Source: Rhodothermales bacterium
GTDB taxonomy: Bacteria > Bacteroidota > Rhodothermia > Rhodothermales > UBA10348
Length of the DNA: 64,000 bases
Direction of reading: 5' to 3'
Assembly (NCBI GenBank): GCA_965247125.1
Contig: CBDFGO010000002.1
Coordinates: 497,618 to 561,617, forward strand
A model generated the notes under the pieces. It was not told where the DNA came from, searched no databases, and was given only the letters and a program-made list of their open reading frames with translations. The position numbers were made by a program, and so were the translations under genes. Below, piece after piece: positions 1 through 10,412 of the stretch. How positions within the stretch are numbered: the stretch's first letter is position 1; every line of letters starts with the position of its first letter.

Positions 1-1
1 C

Positions 2-637
2 AGCCAGGCCGATGCGGCGTATCCGGTGCTGATGCGAAACCTGCTTCCTGCCGGACTGCGAGGGATCATGTTCGCTGCATTATTCGGCGCGGTCATGAGC
101 AGCCTGGACTCCATGCTGAATTCGGCATCGACGATTTTGACAATGGATGTCGTGAAGCGGCACCTTCGCCCGACAGCTACGGCAAAGCAGCTCGTTCGAA
201 CGGGTCGGCAGGCGACCGCCTTCTTTGTAATTGCTGGATGCCTTTGGGCACCCTTTATTTCGAGTTTCGAAGGCGTATTCACGTACATCCAACTGGTTTG
301 GGGATTCATATCGCCGGGCATCGTGGCCGCGTTTGTGGTTGGAATGATTTCAAAACGGACGCCTCCACGTGCGGCTGTGGGTGCCATGATCATCGGCATC
401 CCGGTGTACGGAGTATTGCTTTGGGTATTGCCCGATGTAGCTTTCTTGCATCACATGATGATAACCGGCATAGTGATCGTCATTTATATGGGCTGGGAAC
501 GCTGGCAGAATCCGCTCGCAGCACCCGTCGTTATTCCGGATCGTGGGCTGGTGGATCTAAGAACGAGCCCGCTTTCTCATGTGTTCGGAAGCTGCATTAT
601 TGCCGCTACTGCAGCCCTTTACATCATTTTCTGGTGA
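2..637 (+). CDS. sodium:solute symporter family (SSF/SGLT-like) transporter, C-terminal part; 5' end outside window
   Basis: Frame is open from the window edge to the stop at 635-637. Translation is hydrophobic and multi-TM and includes the SSF-like segment GLRGIMFAALFGAVMSSLDSMLNSAST. An aldose epimerase gene follows. Confidence 0.7.
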   Translation, partial: SQADAAYPVLMRNLLPAGLRGIMFAALFGAVMSSLDSMLNSASTILTMDVVKRHLRPTATAKQLVRTGRQATAFFVIAGCLWAPFISSFEGVFTYIQLVWGFISPGIVAAFVVGMISKRTPPRAAVGAMIIGIPVYGVLLWVLPDVAFLHHMMITGIVIVIYMGWERWQNPLAAPVVIPDRGLVDLRTSPLSHVFGSCIIAATAALYIIFW

Positions 638-662
638 TTGCCACCACCCATCCAACGTATTG

Positions 663-1817
663 ATGGTCATGCAGAAATATTTCGTAATCCTTTTGTTGGG
701 CGGACTGGGTCTGGGCCTGGCGAGTTGTGGTCCAGAAAAAATCCAACATCACACCGAGATCACTGCTGTTCCGTTCGGGAGTTTACCGGATGGCCGAGAA
801 GCGACGCTGTACACCCTTAACAGCCCCGCCGGCATGATGATGGCCGTCACTGACTATGGTGGAATCATCACATCACTCACCGCACCGGACCGGGATGGAA
901 TATTGGAGGACATCGTCCTGGGCTACGACAATCTCAACGCTTATCTGGAGGAGACGCCCTATTTCGGAGCAATAATCGGGCGATATGGAAATCGAATTGC
1001 CGGGGGAAGTTTTTCGCTCGATGGCGAGACCTATGAGCTTGCCGTCAATAACGGCGAAAATCACCTGCATGGAGGGCTGAAGGGATTCGATAAAGTACTC
1101 TGGGACGCGGAGCCCTTCAGTGACGGAGAGGACCGCGGAATCGTATTCAGGTATGTGAGTCGAGACGATGAGGAAGGCTACCCGGGGAATCTGACTGTTG
1201 AAGTGACCTATCGGTTAACTTCAGATGACCGGGTGGTCTTCACGTATGAGGCCACGACGGACGCCGCAACTCCGGTAAATCTGACGCAGCACAGCTACTT
1301 CAATCTTGCGGGACCGTCGTCAAGCTCCATCCTTGATCACCAGCTCACGCTATCAGCCGATAGCTTCACACCAATCGATGTCGGCTTGATTCCGACGGGT
1401 GAAATACGTTCGGTAGCGGGCACGGCATTCGACTTCCGAACGCCGGTGGATATCGGAGCACGCATCGATTCGGGCGGTGAGCAGCTCGATTTTGGCCTGG
1501 GTTATGACCACAATTTCGTGCTTTCGGATACCACTGAAGGGTTGCGTTTGGCTGCGCGGGTTTTCGAACCCGAGAGCGGCCGGATCATGAAGGTATTTAC
1601 CACCGAGCCTGGGATACAATTCTATTCGGGAAACTTCCTGGATGGATCTCTGATGGGAAAAAATGGCAATCCGTATGAATATCGATCTGGATTCTGTCTC
1701 GAAACCCAGCATTTCCCCAATTCTCCCAACCAACCTGACTTTCCGTCAACGATTTTGCGACCGGGTGAGACGTACAGCACCCAGACGGTCTACGCGTTTA
1801 GCACGGACGGGGACTGA
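663..1817 (+). CDS. galM: aldose 1-epimerase (galactose mutarotase) with lipoprotein-type signal peptide
   Basis: Mutarotase-like segments NGENHLHGGLKGFDKVLW and YRSGFCLETQHFPNSPNQPDF. The Met at 663 is followed by LLLGGLGLGLASCG (lipobox). The ORF-track start at 579 overlaps the upstream gene and is unlikely. Confidence 0.85.
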   Translation: MVMQKYFVILLLGGLGLGLASCGPEKIQHHTEITAVPFGSLPDGREATLYTLNSPAGMMMAVTDYGGIITSLTAPDRDGILEDIVLGYDNLNAYLEETPYFGAIIGRYGNRIAGGSFSLDGETYELAVNNGENHLHGGLKGFDKVLWDAEPFSDGEDRGIVFRYVSRDDEEGYPGNLTVEVTYRLTSDDRVVFTYEATTDAATPVNLTQHSYFNLAGPSSSSILDHQLTLSADSFTPIDVGLIPTGEIRSVAGTAFDFRTPVDIGARIDSGGEQLDFGLGYDHNFVLSDTTEGLRLAARVFEPESGRIMKVFTTEPGIQFYSGNFLDGSLMGKNGNPYEYRSGFCLETQHFPNSPNQPDFPSTILRPGETYSTQTVYAFSTDGD

Positions 1818-1872
1818 CTGACAGAATCTGCCCTTGAAGGATTCAGCAATTGCCAGATCACCCATCTTCCGT

Positions 1873-3363
1873 TCAGTTAATTCGTTCGCTGGGAGTGCTG
1901 TGCCGCCAGACTCTCAACACTTTTCCATCTGGATCGGTCTCGAATACGATCTCTTCACCCAGTGAATCGTCATCCTTGATCCGTCGAAATCGATTTCCCT
2001 CGATGTGTTTCAATTTCATGAGGGCGTTGAGCGGATCGCTTGTCGGAAACGATACAGCAGCTATTCCTCCTTGCCATGGTATGACGACTGATTCGCCACG
2101 CCAGGGAAATGAATCATACACACCCAGAAAAGTCTCAAAATCCGCCGGCATCATTTTGCCTTCGTCGGTGCTATTTTTGGCCGCTTTCAGTGCGGGTGCA
2201 ATCAATTCGTAGGCGCGACGAGCGAATAATCCAGGATCGGTAGATCCGGCATTGATCATCACGACAGTTCCGATCTTGTCATCGGTCTGAAGAAGGAATT
2301 CGGTACTGAACCCCGGGCATCCACCGCCATGCCTGACAAAGGTCTTATTTCCTCGCCGTACGACACCAAAGCCCAATCCCCGGGTTGTCTCCCAATCTGG
2401 ATCAATCCAGTGAACCCGATGCATTTCACGAAGTGTGTTTGTATCGAGGATTCGATTTCCGCCGTTGGCAAGCAGTTCGAACTGCCATGAAGCAAACTTT
2501 GCGAGGTCCTTCACTGTGGACGCAAATCCCCTGGCTGGAGCGATCGCATTTCCTTCGAACTGGTGGACCAGCATTCGCTCGCCATCCCGCCCCTTGGGCC
2601 CATATCCGGCCGCCATGTTCGGAGTATTCCATGCCGTTCCTATCTCTGATACTGTGGACGTCATTTCGAGCGGATCAAGAATGTTCGCTCGCATGTATCT
2701 GGCAAACGACTGCCCTGATACCTCCGCTACAACTTCTCCCGCAAGGGAAAGGCCAAGATTGGAGTATTGGTAATATTTTCGCGCGGGATAAAGTGTTTCC
2801 TGGGACGATAGGCGGTCCACCATTTGGTCGTGAGAAGGAAATTCAAATGGGTCAGCCCAGTAAGGAAAGTCTGACTCACGAGGAAGCCCGGACGAGTGCG
2901 TCAGAATTCCTTCCAGAGTGATCGTCCCACTTTCTGGATATTTTCGTTCGAGGTCAAACCAAGGCAAAATGGTACCCAGATCGTCATCAAGCCTGAACTT
3001 TCCTTCATCGCGCAGCTGCATCACTCCGACACTCGTGAAAAGCTTTGAGATCGAGCAGATGGAATACATGGTTTCTGGCGTGGCCGGGATTTGGTTTTCA
3101 ACATCCGCCAGACCGTATCCGCTGCTCCAGATGAGTTCTTGATCGTAAATGATCGCGGCCGAAACTCCAGGCAAATCCTGATAGGCAGTCTGCGCATCCA
3201 GCCAGAGGTCCAAAAGATTTAACGCTTCAACGACCCGTGTATGCTCAGAAACATTCTGTGCACTGGCGAGGCCCGTACTAAGAAAAACAATGACCGATAT
3301 GAAAATAAATCGAGGGAAAGTAGAGGTCGGCATGGGGGTGTTGGTAAATAGTGACTGCAGCAT
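1873..3363 (-). CDS. serine hydrolase, beta-lactamase/penicillin-binding (class C-like) family, secreted
   Basis: SxxK motif in CSISKLF and Y-x-N motif in YQYSNLG. N-terminal signal peptide (FIFISVIVFLSTGLASAQ). 496 aa. Confidence 0.8.
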   Translation of the reverse strand: MLQSLFTNTPMPTSTFPRFIFISVIVFLSTGLASAQNVSEHTRVVEALNLLDLWLDAQTAYQDLPGVSAAIIYDQELIWSSGYGLADVENQIPATPETMYSICSISKLFTSVGVMQLRDEGKFRLDDDLGTILPWFDLERKYPESGTITLEGILTHSSGLPRESDFPYWADPFEFPSHDQMVDRLSSQETLYPARKYYQYSNLGLSLAGEVVAEVSGQSFARYMRANILDPLEMTSTVSEIGTAWNTPNMAAGYGPKGRDGERMLVHQFEGNAIAPARGFASTVKDLAKFASWQFELLANGGNRILDTNTLREMHRVHWIDPDWETTRGLGFGVVRRGNKTFVRHGGGCPGFSTEFLLQTDDKIGTVVMINAGSTDPGLFARRAYELIAPALKAAKNSTDEGKMMPADFETFLGVYDSFPWRGESVVIPWQGGIAAVSFPTSDPLNALMKLKHIEGNRFRRIKDDDSLGEEIVFETDPDGKVLRVWRHSTPSERIN

Positions 3364-3611
3364 GACAGCAGATGTTCACCGGTTGGCGTATCTGGCAATA
3401 ATCTGGGTCTTTGTTGAACATCGTTAGCGGCGATACGCGTGCTCCGCCCAATGTTCGTCTACCGATGGGCATGATCGGAATTTCTCCGCAGATACTCAAA
3501 ATAATCTGTCAGGCATCAGAAAGGACTTAATCAAATAGCCTGTAGTTCACGTTTGCGGGAGCGCCACGCTGGTACTATTCTTCGTCCAATAACACCAGTG
3601 AGAGTCAGACC

Positions 3612-4472
3612 TTGATCACCAAACGTATTTCTACCGACCAAATCCTTGCCAAGCTTCAGGCGAAATTAGATCAGCGCATTCCGATCATGATTTCTTCGGC
3701 AGGAAGCGGGTTGGTAGCCAAACTGCTTGAAAAATGCGGTACCGACTGCGTTAACACGTTCTCGGGTGCGCGGCTGCGAGCCAATGGTATGGGCACGATG
3801 GCTATGATGTGGCCCATTCTGGATTCGAACCGACAGACGCTCGATTACACCCGCGAGGACATTATGCCCGCAATGGAGGGCAAGGCATTCGTGTGCGCTT
3901 GCCTGAACGCGAATGACCCACTGAAAGACATGCGCATGGTGTTGCAGGAGTGCAAAGACATGGGCGTCCAGTCCGTCTCCAATATTGGACCCTCCATTTC
4001 TTATGTCGATCATGATTCGGAGATCTATAATGTGCTGACATCCGCCGGTATCACGCTGCAGAACGAAATTGACATGTTGAAGCTGGCCAGGGAAGAGATG
4101 GATATGGTTTCAATCGGACTGGGCTTCACGCTGGAAGACTCGATCGCTGTTTGCGAACAAGCTCTGCCGCACATCTTCTGTTACCACGCTGGCACCACGA
4201 AAGGGGGACTGAAGGGATATGACAGTGGTTTGACCATTGAGCAAACGGCCGAGCAGACCGAGCATGCCTATCAGAAGTGTCGGGAAGTCCACCCGGACGT
4301 GATTCTCATTGCTCATGGTGCGGCGATGGAGAATCCGGCTGATGCTCAATACATGTTGGACAATACGTCAGGCCATGGATTCTGGACCGGGTCCTCGACC
4401 GAACGTCTGCCCATCGAGCGGGCGGTCACCCAGGCTGCATCAGAGTTCGCCAGCCTGCGTTTCTCCAATTAA
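3612..4472 (+). CDS. phosphoenolpyruvate hydrolase-like (TIM-barrel) family protein, usual partner of UPF0261
   Basis: 286-aa ORF (TTG start in the track). Family assigned from recalled sequence pattern (IMISSAGSGLVAKLLEKCG...HAGTTKGG) and from adjacency to a UPF0261 gene 15 nt downstream. Confidence 0.55.
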   Translation: MITKRISTDQILAKLQAKLDQRIPIMISSAGSGLVAKLLEKCGTDCVNTFSGARLRANGMGTMAMMWPILDSNRQTLDYTREDIMPAMEGKAFVCACLNANDPLKDMRMVLQECKDMGVQSVSNIGPSISYVDHDSEIYNVLTSAGITLQNEIDMLKLAREEMDMVSIGLGFTLEDSIAVCEQALPHIFCYHAGTTKGGLKGYDSGLTIEQTAEQTEHAYQKCREVHPDVILIAHGAAMENPADAQYMLDNTSGHGFWTGSSTERLPIERAVTQAASEFASLRFSN

Positions 4473-4486
4473 TCCGTGCGCGAAGT

Positions 4487-5704
4487 ATGAAAACCATCGC
4501 GATTTTAGCCACGCTCGACACGAAAGCCGCAGAAGCCGACTTCATGCGGAAAGAAATCGAGGCTCTGGGTGGAGAAGCCATGCTCATCGACATCGGGGTC
4601 GTAGGCGAGCCGGGAGTTGAAGCGGATGTGTCCAGGGAAGAAATCATCGGGGCGGGGGGTGGTTCACTGGGGGAATTGCTCGATAATCCGAGCCGTGCGA
4701 AGGCCAGCCCATTTGTGACAGCCGGCGCGACGGAAAAAATGCTCAAGCTCCAGGAATCCGGTGCCATTGACGCTGTCGTAACCCTTGGTGGCACGCAGGG
4801 CACCTCAACCTGCGCGCCCGTCCTACAGGCGCTGCCGTACGGCTTTCCCAAAGTGATGCTCTCGACAGCAGCATCCGGAGATACGTCGCCATTTGTCGGA
4901 ATCAAGGACATCACCATGATGTTCGCCGTGAGCGATATTCTTGGTCTTAACGTGTTTTCCCGCAAGATCTTAGCGAATGCAGCGGCATGCGCATGGGGTA
5001 TGGCCCAGATCGACAGAAGCATAACCAGATCTACCGCCAAGGGGGTCATAGGAATGACCAATCTGGGTGTGCTCACCCAGGGAGCGATGCACGCCCTGAC
5101 CGTATTTGAGGCCGCTGGATACGAGGTGATCACCTTCCACGCCATTGGAGCGGGTGGAGAGGCAATGGAGCAGATGATGAAAGAGGGCATCATCACTGCA
5201 GTTTTTGATTATGCGATGGGTGAAATCGCTGATGGGGTGTATGGCGTACTCCGCGCCTCGGGACCCGAACGGCTTACGGTGGCTGGCAAACTGGGACTAC
5301 CCCAGGTGATTTGCCCCGGAGGCTCCGAACATCTCGGTATTCTTGTCGGCGAACCCAACAAGGTCCCCGACGGATGGGACGACCACCAAATAGTCTGGCA
5401 CTCACCATACGTTTTCGTTCCGCGATTGGACGCAGATCAGCAGGCCCGTGTCGCGGAGGCAATTAGCGAGCGGCTCGAACACACAACGGGGAATGCTGTT
5501 TTTCTGATGCCGTTGAAAGGAGTAAGCAGTTACTCGGCAAAGGGCGGTGCGCTCTATAATCCGGAACTGGACCGGATCTACTGGGAGTTACTTCAGCGTA
5601 CCCTTCCCGATTCGATAACGGTCGAAGCACTTGATAATAATGCTGAAGACCCGGCATTCGTCGAGTATGCAGCAGGGAAATTGATAGAGATGATCGAGGC
5701 TTGA
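4487..5704 (+). CDS. UPF0261 / Tm-1-like ATP-binding domain protein
   Basis: N-terminus MKTIAILATLDTKAAEADFMRKEIEALG is typical of the UPF0261 family. 405 aa. Paired with the PEP-hydrolase-like gene, as in the fused plant Tm-1 architecture. Confidence 0.65.
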   Translation: MKTIAILATLDTKAAEADFMRKEIEALGGEAMLIDIGVVGEPGVEADVSREEIIGAGGGSLGELLDNPSRAKASPFVTAGATEKMLKLQESGAIDAVVTLGGTQGTSTCAPVLQALPYGFPKVMLSTAASGDTSPFVGIKDITMMFAVSDILGLNVFSRKILANAAACAWGMAQIDRSITRSTAKGVIGMTNLGVLTQGAMHALTVFEAAGYEVITFHAIGAGGEAMEQMMKEGIITAVFDYAMGEIADGVYGVLRASGPERLTVAGKLGLPQVICPGGSEHLGILVGEPNKVPDGWDDHQIVWHSPYVFVPRLDADQQARVAEAISERLEHTTGNAVFLMPLKGVSSYSAKGGALYNPELDRIYWELLQRTLPDSITVEALDNNAEDPAFVEYAAGKLIEMIEA

Positions 5705-5713
5705 GGTGGCTGC

Positions 5714-6334
5714 TCAGGCTACCGACGGCCGAAACAGGCGATCGCAGCAGTTCAGAAGGATGGATGCAGCGTGCCCGAGGCTGTTTCCATAGGCCATTAC
5801 GCCGTCTTCGTGTCCACCCATGATGACGAGTTGTTTTGAGGGTCGTTCTTTTTCAGTAAGCAGTCGAATGATCTCGTACGCCATTTCGGGAGTTCCGTAC
5901 GTGACGTGTGGCGACGTGGTAGGCAACTCGTTGCAATACGTATTCCATAGGTACGCGTTGTGGATGTGAATCACGGCGCCAATTGATCTCGATGCGGTGT
6001 AAAAGGCCGCATGGCTCATCGTTTCGGAGGATGCCGTTATGGGACCGATACACGAAACGCGGTTTTCTTCAAAGTTGTAGTCCAGTATTCGGGTGAAGTG
6101 CTCCCGCCCGAGTTCCCTGACGTTCCCGGTCATGGCTCCAGTGATGAGGAATTCACGCGGAGGGTCGTCCCGCACACTGATATTCCCGTACCCAATACCG
6201 TCTGGGAGGGCGCCGATCAGTCCGACCTTGTACATCTGCTGCCGCCACTCACTGAGCGTGCGGATCTTGTGCCAACTCACGGGCGGACCCTCGGTCCAAT
6301 CGGTGTTGAATTTGATATATCCTTCGTCGTGCAT
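5714..6334 (-). CDS. class II aldolase/adducin N-terminal domain family protein
   Basis: Translation GYGNISVR...FLITGAMTG...SSETMSHAAFY...AVIHIHN matches the class II aldolase fold pattern. The start at 6334 (MHDEGYIKF) avoids the overlap with the Fic gene that the track start 6370 creates. Confidence 0.65.
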   Translation of the reverse strand: MHDEGYIKFNTDWTEGPPVSWHKIRTLSEWRQQMYKVGLIGALPDGIGYGNISVRDDPPREFLITGAMTGNVRELGREHFTRILDYNFEENRVSCIGPITASSETMSHAAFYTASRSIGAVIHIHNAYLWNTYCNELPTTSPHVTYGTPEMAYEIIRLLTEKERPSKQLVIMGGHEDGVMAYGNSLGHAASILLNCCDRLFRPSVA

Positions 6335-6341
6335 CAGACGC

Positions 6342-7484
6342 TCAATCTTTTTTTTCCGGAAGCGGTACATCCAGACTACGCATGATGGCAGTATTTATAA
6401 AGTACTTATCTCGATGTATTTGGATCGAAATCAGAATGCCAAGTTCTTCAAGCTGATTCAGGTAGCGGGAAGCCGTGACCCGCCCAGCAATTCCTGCGTT
6501 GACCAGATGGCCAATCTTGCAATACGGGTGTTTAAAGATGAGATCGATGAGTTCTCGAGAGTAGCCAGACTTCATCTTGGAGCGAGAGAGATCCGCGGTT
6601 TCATTGATCTTCTCGTTCAGCTGGATAATTGAGGCAAGTGCCCATTTCGAGGTTTCTCGAACCCCAGTTAACATAAACGAGACCCATCCGGCCCAATCTC
6701 CTCGTTCGGTCACGGCGCGTAACCGCGCGTAGTACTCAGGGCGATGAAGAAGAATGTATCGGCTCAGGTATAGTACTGGATGCTCCAGAAGTCCACGTTG
6801 AATCAGGTATAAAACATTTAAAATGCGGCCGGTTCGCCCGTTACCGTCATAAAATGGATGAATCGCTTCGAACTGGTAGTGTATCAGCGCCAGACAAATT
6901 ACCGGGTCCAATTCCTCGTTTTCATGGATAAAAACTTCGAGAGCAGCAAGTTTTTTACGAAGGAGAGCCTCGCCGGAGGGAGGGGTGTAAATAACGGTGC
7001 CACTCTCTGGGTTGGAAATGACTGTGCCCATTTGCTTGCGGATACCAGCCTCCGTATTACGAAGCTGTTGTTGGATGGATACCAACAAGTTTGTAGTGAT
7101 AAGGCCATTTATGTTCATCTCATCCATGCCCATCTTCATGGAGAGACGATAGCGGAGAACTTCTTTTGCTGGTCCTGATCCTTTCGATTTTGACAAAATG
7201 CCACTCAGGGCATCCGCTCTAAAAAGCTCATCCTGCGTGGTTACGATGTTCTCAATTTCGGAAGAGTCTTTGCTCTCTTGAAGAGAAATTGTTTCCAGAA
7301 GAATGTCTGGGTTCGGTAGCGTGCAGCACGTACCCTTCAACTCAGCCAGTGCAGTTCTGGCTTCAATGGTAAGCTGAATGATCTCGCGAGATTCAAAAAA
7401 CGTCGAATCGGGCGGTAGGTCAGGTAACTCATTAAAGGGTTTTTCCGGTGCGAAGGTCATGCGTGTTCCGTATACATGAGGCAT
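6342..7484 (-). CDS. Fic family protein (AMPylase-type), with intramolecular inhibitory helix motif
   Basis: Canonical Fic motif HPFYDGNGRTGR. An N-terminal SSEIEN segment fits the [ST]xxxE[GN] auto-inhibition motif. The C-terminal part looks like a winged helix. Confidence 0.9.
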   Translation of the reverse strand: MPHVYGTRMTFAPEKPFNELPDLPPDSTFFESREIIQLTIEARTALAELKGTCCTLPNPDILLETISLQESKDSSEIENIVTTQDELFRADALSGILSKSKGSGPAKEVLRYRLSMKMGMDEMNINGLITTNLLVSIQQQLRNTEAGIRKQMGTVISNPESGTVIYTPPSGEALLRKKLAALEVFIHENEELDPVICLALIHYQFEAIHPFYDGNGRTGRILNVLYLIQRGLLEHPVLYLSRYILLHRPEYYARLRAVTERGDWAGWVSFMLTGVRETSKWALASIIQLNEKINETADLSRSKMKSGYSRELIDLIFKHPYCKIGHLVNAGIAGRVTASRYLNQLEELGILISIQIHRDKYFINTAIMRSLDVPLPEKKD

Positions 7485-7738
7485 GTGTCATGTTCATGAT
7501 AACGAAAAAAATAGACATGACAAACAATTGGTCTTCAATTCGAGTCCCCCTTCTTCGGTGATCTCATCACACACATGAGTCGAAATGAAACGATAGCCTG
7601 CAATTCGATTCGATACGGTTCGATATGATTCGATCTCGATACGATTAAAAGGGCGCACATAGCAAACATCTCCACGCGGGTTAGACAGACTCTTCCTTGT
7701 CATGACTATCTGCTACATTGAAAACCTGATTACCCACC

Positions 7739-9232
7739 ATGACAACTATGCTCACTTTGATCATGCACTATTTCTCGGTCCGACGAATTCTGCCCATTGC
7801 GGTGTTATCGGTTCTCGCGCTGTCCGGCTGCCGCGGCACCCAATCGGTAGAACAACCCAACATTCTGTTTATTTTTTCGGATGACCAACGTGCAGATGCC
7901 GTCGGGACGTATGGCAATCAGTTCGTCAGCACACCTTCGATAGATGAACTTTCCCGCGGCGGATTCAATTTTCGTCAGGCGCACATCATGGGTTCCATTC
8001 ACGGCGCCGTGTGCGCACCGAGCCGAGCCATGTTGATGAGCGGCCGCAGCCTTTATCACGTGTATGACAGACTGGATACAGTCGCGACTTTTCCGGAACA
8101 GCTCAGAAAAAGAGGATACGTGACATTTGGAACGGGAAAATGGCATCAGAGTCGGGAATCATTCGCCCGGAGCTTTTCAGACGGCAAGGACATCTTTTTC
8201 GGGGGAATGAGTGACCACGACGCTGCTCCAGTTCAGGACCTGTTGGCAGATGGTCAGTTCACGGAGATTGAGCGCAAGGGATTTTCCACGGACGTGTTCG
8301 CGGACGCTGCCATCGACTTTATCAATCAACACGCGGACTCGGATACGACCGCGCCGTTCCTGGCCTACATCTCGTTCACCACACCGCATGATCCTCGGAC
8401 TCCGAAGCCCGAATTCATGACCATGAACCTGGACGACCGGCCGCCTCTTCCGCCCAATTACTTGCCCGTGCACCCGTTCCACAATGGTTGGATGACCGGA
8501 CGGGACGAACGACTGGCCGCGTGGCCGCGCCCGGTGGAAGACGTTCGTAGCCAGCTGGCGGAGTATTACGGTCTGATCACCCACATGGACGCCCGGATAG
8601 GGGACGTGCTCGATGCGCTCGGAAGAAACGGGCTCAGCGAGAACACCATCGTGATTTTTGCGGCCGACAACGGTCTGGCACTGGGAAGCCATGGGCTGTT
8701 GGGGAAACAGAGCCTTTATGAACACAGCACGCACGTACCGCTGATTATTGCGGGTCCCGGCATTCAGGCTGGTTCGTCAGGTGCTCTCGTCGTGCTCTAT
8801 GACCTGTTTCCGACCATTTCGACGATGACAGGTTTCGAGATGCCCATGGGAATTGATGGGCATGACCTCACTGATCTCATCCGAGGTGATTCTGATGGGC
8901 CGCGAGACGTTCTGTATACAACCTTTCAAAACATTCACCGCGCCGTGCGGGATGACCGGTGGAAACTGATCCGCTATCCACGAATCGATCGCATCCAATT
9001 ATTCGATTTGGCGAACGATCCATTCGAAATGAACGATCTCTCGGGCGATGCTGCCTACGCCGATCAGATATCTCGTCTCATGGCGATCATGGTAGTGGAA
9101 CACGAGGCCATGGACGACCCGCATCCGCTTTGGGTCGACTCCTTGGTTTCGCAGGAGTTCGATTATTCAGCGATCAACAGGCAACCTGACCGTCACCAAC
9201 CCCAGTGGGTGATCGACAAGTACTTTAATTAG
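7739..9232 (+). CDS. sulfatase (arylsulfatase A family), lipoprotein
   Basis: NILFIFSDDQRAD metal-binding N-terminus and CAPSR (C-x-P-x-R formylglycine) motif. Signal peptide ending LSGC. Confidence 0.9.
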   Translation: MTTMLTLIMHYFSVRRILPIAVLSVLALSGCRGTQSVEQPNILFIFSDDQRADAVGTYGNQFVSTPSIDELSRGGFNFRQAHIMGSIHGAVCAPSRAMLMSGRSLYHVYDRLDTVATFPEQLRKRGYVTFGTGKWHQSRESFARSFSDGKDIFFGGMSDHDAAPVQDLLADGQFTEIERKGFSTDVFADAAIDFINQHADSDTTAPFLAYISFTTPHDPRTPKPEFMTMNLDDRPPLPPNYLPVHPFHNGWMTGRDERLAAWPRPVEDVRSQLAEYYGLITHMDARIGDVLDALGRNGLSENTIVIFAADNGLALGSHGLLGKQSLYEHSTHVPLIIAGPGIQAGSSGALVVLYDLFPTISTMTGFEMPMGIDGHDLTDLIRGDSDGPRDVLYTTFQNIHRAVRDDRWKLIRYPRIDRIQLFDLANDPFEMNDLSGDAAYADQISRLMAIMVVEHEAMDDPHPLWVDSLVSQEFDYSAINRQPDRHQPQWVIDKYFN

Positions 9233-9359
9233 CAGTTTCCAGTGCCGAGGAAGTGAAAAGATCCACGCCATTCTGTCGGAGCTGACGGTTCTGGCGCCGT
9301 GAATTGCCTATTCAGGATGAATTCGCGATACTAGGTGCATCTAAATTTCCCCTAGTGAA

Positions 9360-9517
9360 ATGGTCGGCACCACTTTATCTCATTATCGCATCGAGGAAGA
9401 ACTCGGCCGCGGGGGTATGGGGGTCGTGTACAAGGCCGAGGACACGAAGCTCGACCGAACGGTGGCTATCAAAGTGCTGCCCTCTGCCGCACTCGCCTCC
9501 GAGGAAGACCGTACGCG
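9360..9517 (+). pseudogene. Ser/Thr protein kinase, N-terminal fragment cut off by IS3 insertion
   Basis: [40 protein letters not shown] carries the glycine loop and VAIK lysine. The reading frame runs into the IS end at 9518. Confidence 0.9.
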
Positions 9518-9570
9518 AGAGATGGTCCTACAAAACTGGACAGGGTCCTAGGTGGAGTCTTGCGGGTTGA

Positions 9571-10398
9571 TTATGCTGCTTCTTGAAGCGGCTGGTGATT
9601 AAAAAATACGTGATCAGGGGTCTTTCTTCCGTGTGAGCTGTGTCGCCTTTCGTTATTGAAGTAGTCGAAGTATACAGCAATGGATTTGCGGGCTTCAGCC
9701 ACACTGTCATAGGCTTTAAGGTACACCTCTTCATATTTCAGGCTACGCCACAGACGTTCAACGAACACGTTGTCCATCCAGCGTCCTTTGCCATCCATAG
9801 AGATTTTGATGTCATGATTCTTCAGCACATCAGTGAAGGCCATCGATGTGAACTGGCTGCCCTGATCCGTATTGAAGATCTCTGGCGCTCCATACACGGC
9901 GATTGCTTCTTCGAGCGCTTCCACACAGAAGTCGGTGTCCATCGTATTGGAGATCCGGCGTGAGAGTACTTTTCGGCTGTACCAGTCGATGACGGCGACC
10001 AGGTAAACGAATCCCCTTTTCATCGGAATGAATGTGATGTCGCTTGCGTAAACCTGCCGGGGCCGCGTCACGTTGAGCTTACGCAAGAGATACGGATAAA
10101 TCTTGTGACCTTTTCCCGGAATCGAGGTCCGTTTCTTAGGATAAATGGCAATAAGGCCCATCAGACGCATTAATCGCCGGATTCGATGGCGGCCCACAAA
10201 AATACCTCTGTCCTCGAGCGCATCCTTCATGGTGCGCGATCCTCGCGTGGGCCGCTCAAGGTAGAGCTCATCCAGTTTTTTCATCACGGCCAGGTTCTCT
10301 TTGCTCTCGCCCACCGGCTTGTAGTAGGCCGTTGAGCGATTCAGCTCCCGCAGATTGCACTGCCGTTTGATGGAGAGGTCGTGGATTGGGTCGATCAT
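9571..10398 (-). CDS. IS3-family transposase OrfB (DDE/integrase core), probably made as an OrfAB fusion by -1 frameshift
   Basis: rve-type core: YASDITFIP, FNTDQGSQFTS, ERLWRSLKYEEVY. It lies in the -1 frame relative to orfA. The -1 frame is open from the slippery site to the orfB ATG. Confidence 0.9.
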   Translation of the reverse strand: MIDPIHDLSIKRQCNLRELNRSTAYYKPVGESKENLAVMKKLDELYLERPTRGSRTMKDALEDRGIFVGRHRIRRLMRLMGLIAIYPKKRTSIPGKGHKIYPYLLRKLNVTRPRQVYASDITFIPMKRGFVYLVAVIDWYSRKVLSRRISNTMDTDFCVEALEEAIAVYGAPEIFNTDQGSQFTSMAFTDVLKNHDIKISMDGKGRWMDNVFVERLWRSLKYEEVYLKAYDSVAEARKSIAVYFDYFNNERRHSSHGRKTPDHVFFNHQPLQEAA

Positions 10399-10412
10399 TT
10401 GGCGGCGCTCAC

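Noticed and set aside
4426-5196. 256-aa minus-strand ORF inside the UPF0261 gene
   Set aside because: It is antisense to a well-supported gene. Its translation is low-complexity (A/P/S-rich), as expected of a shadow ORF in GC-rich coding DNA.
9304-9570. 88-aa ORF overlapping the kinase N-terminal fragment
   Set aside because: It is out of frame with the obvious kinase glycine-loop translation and runs into the IS end.
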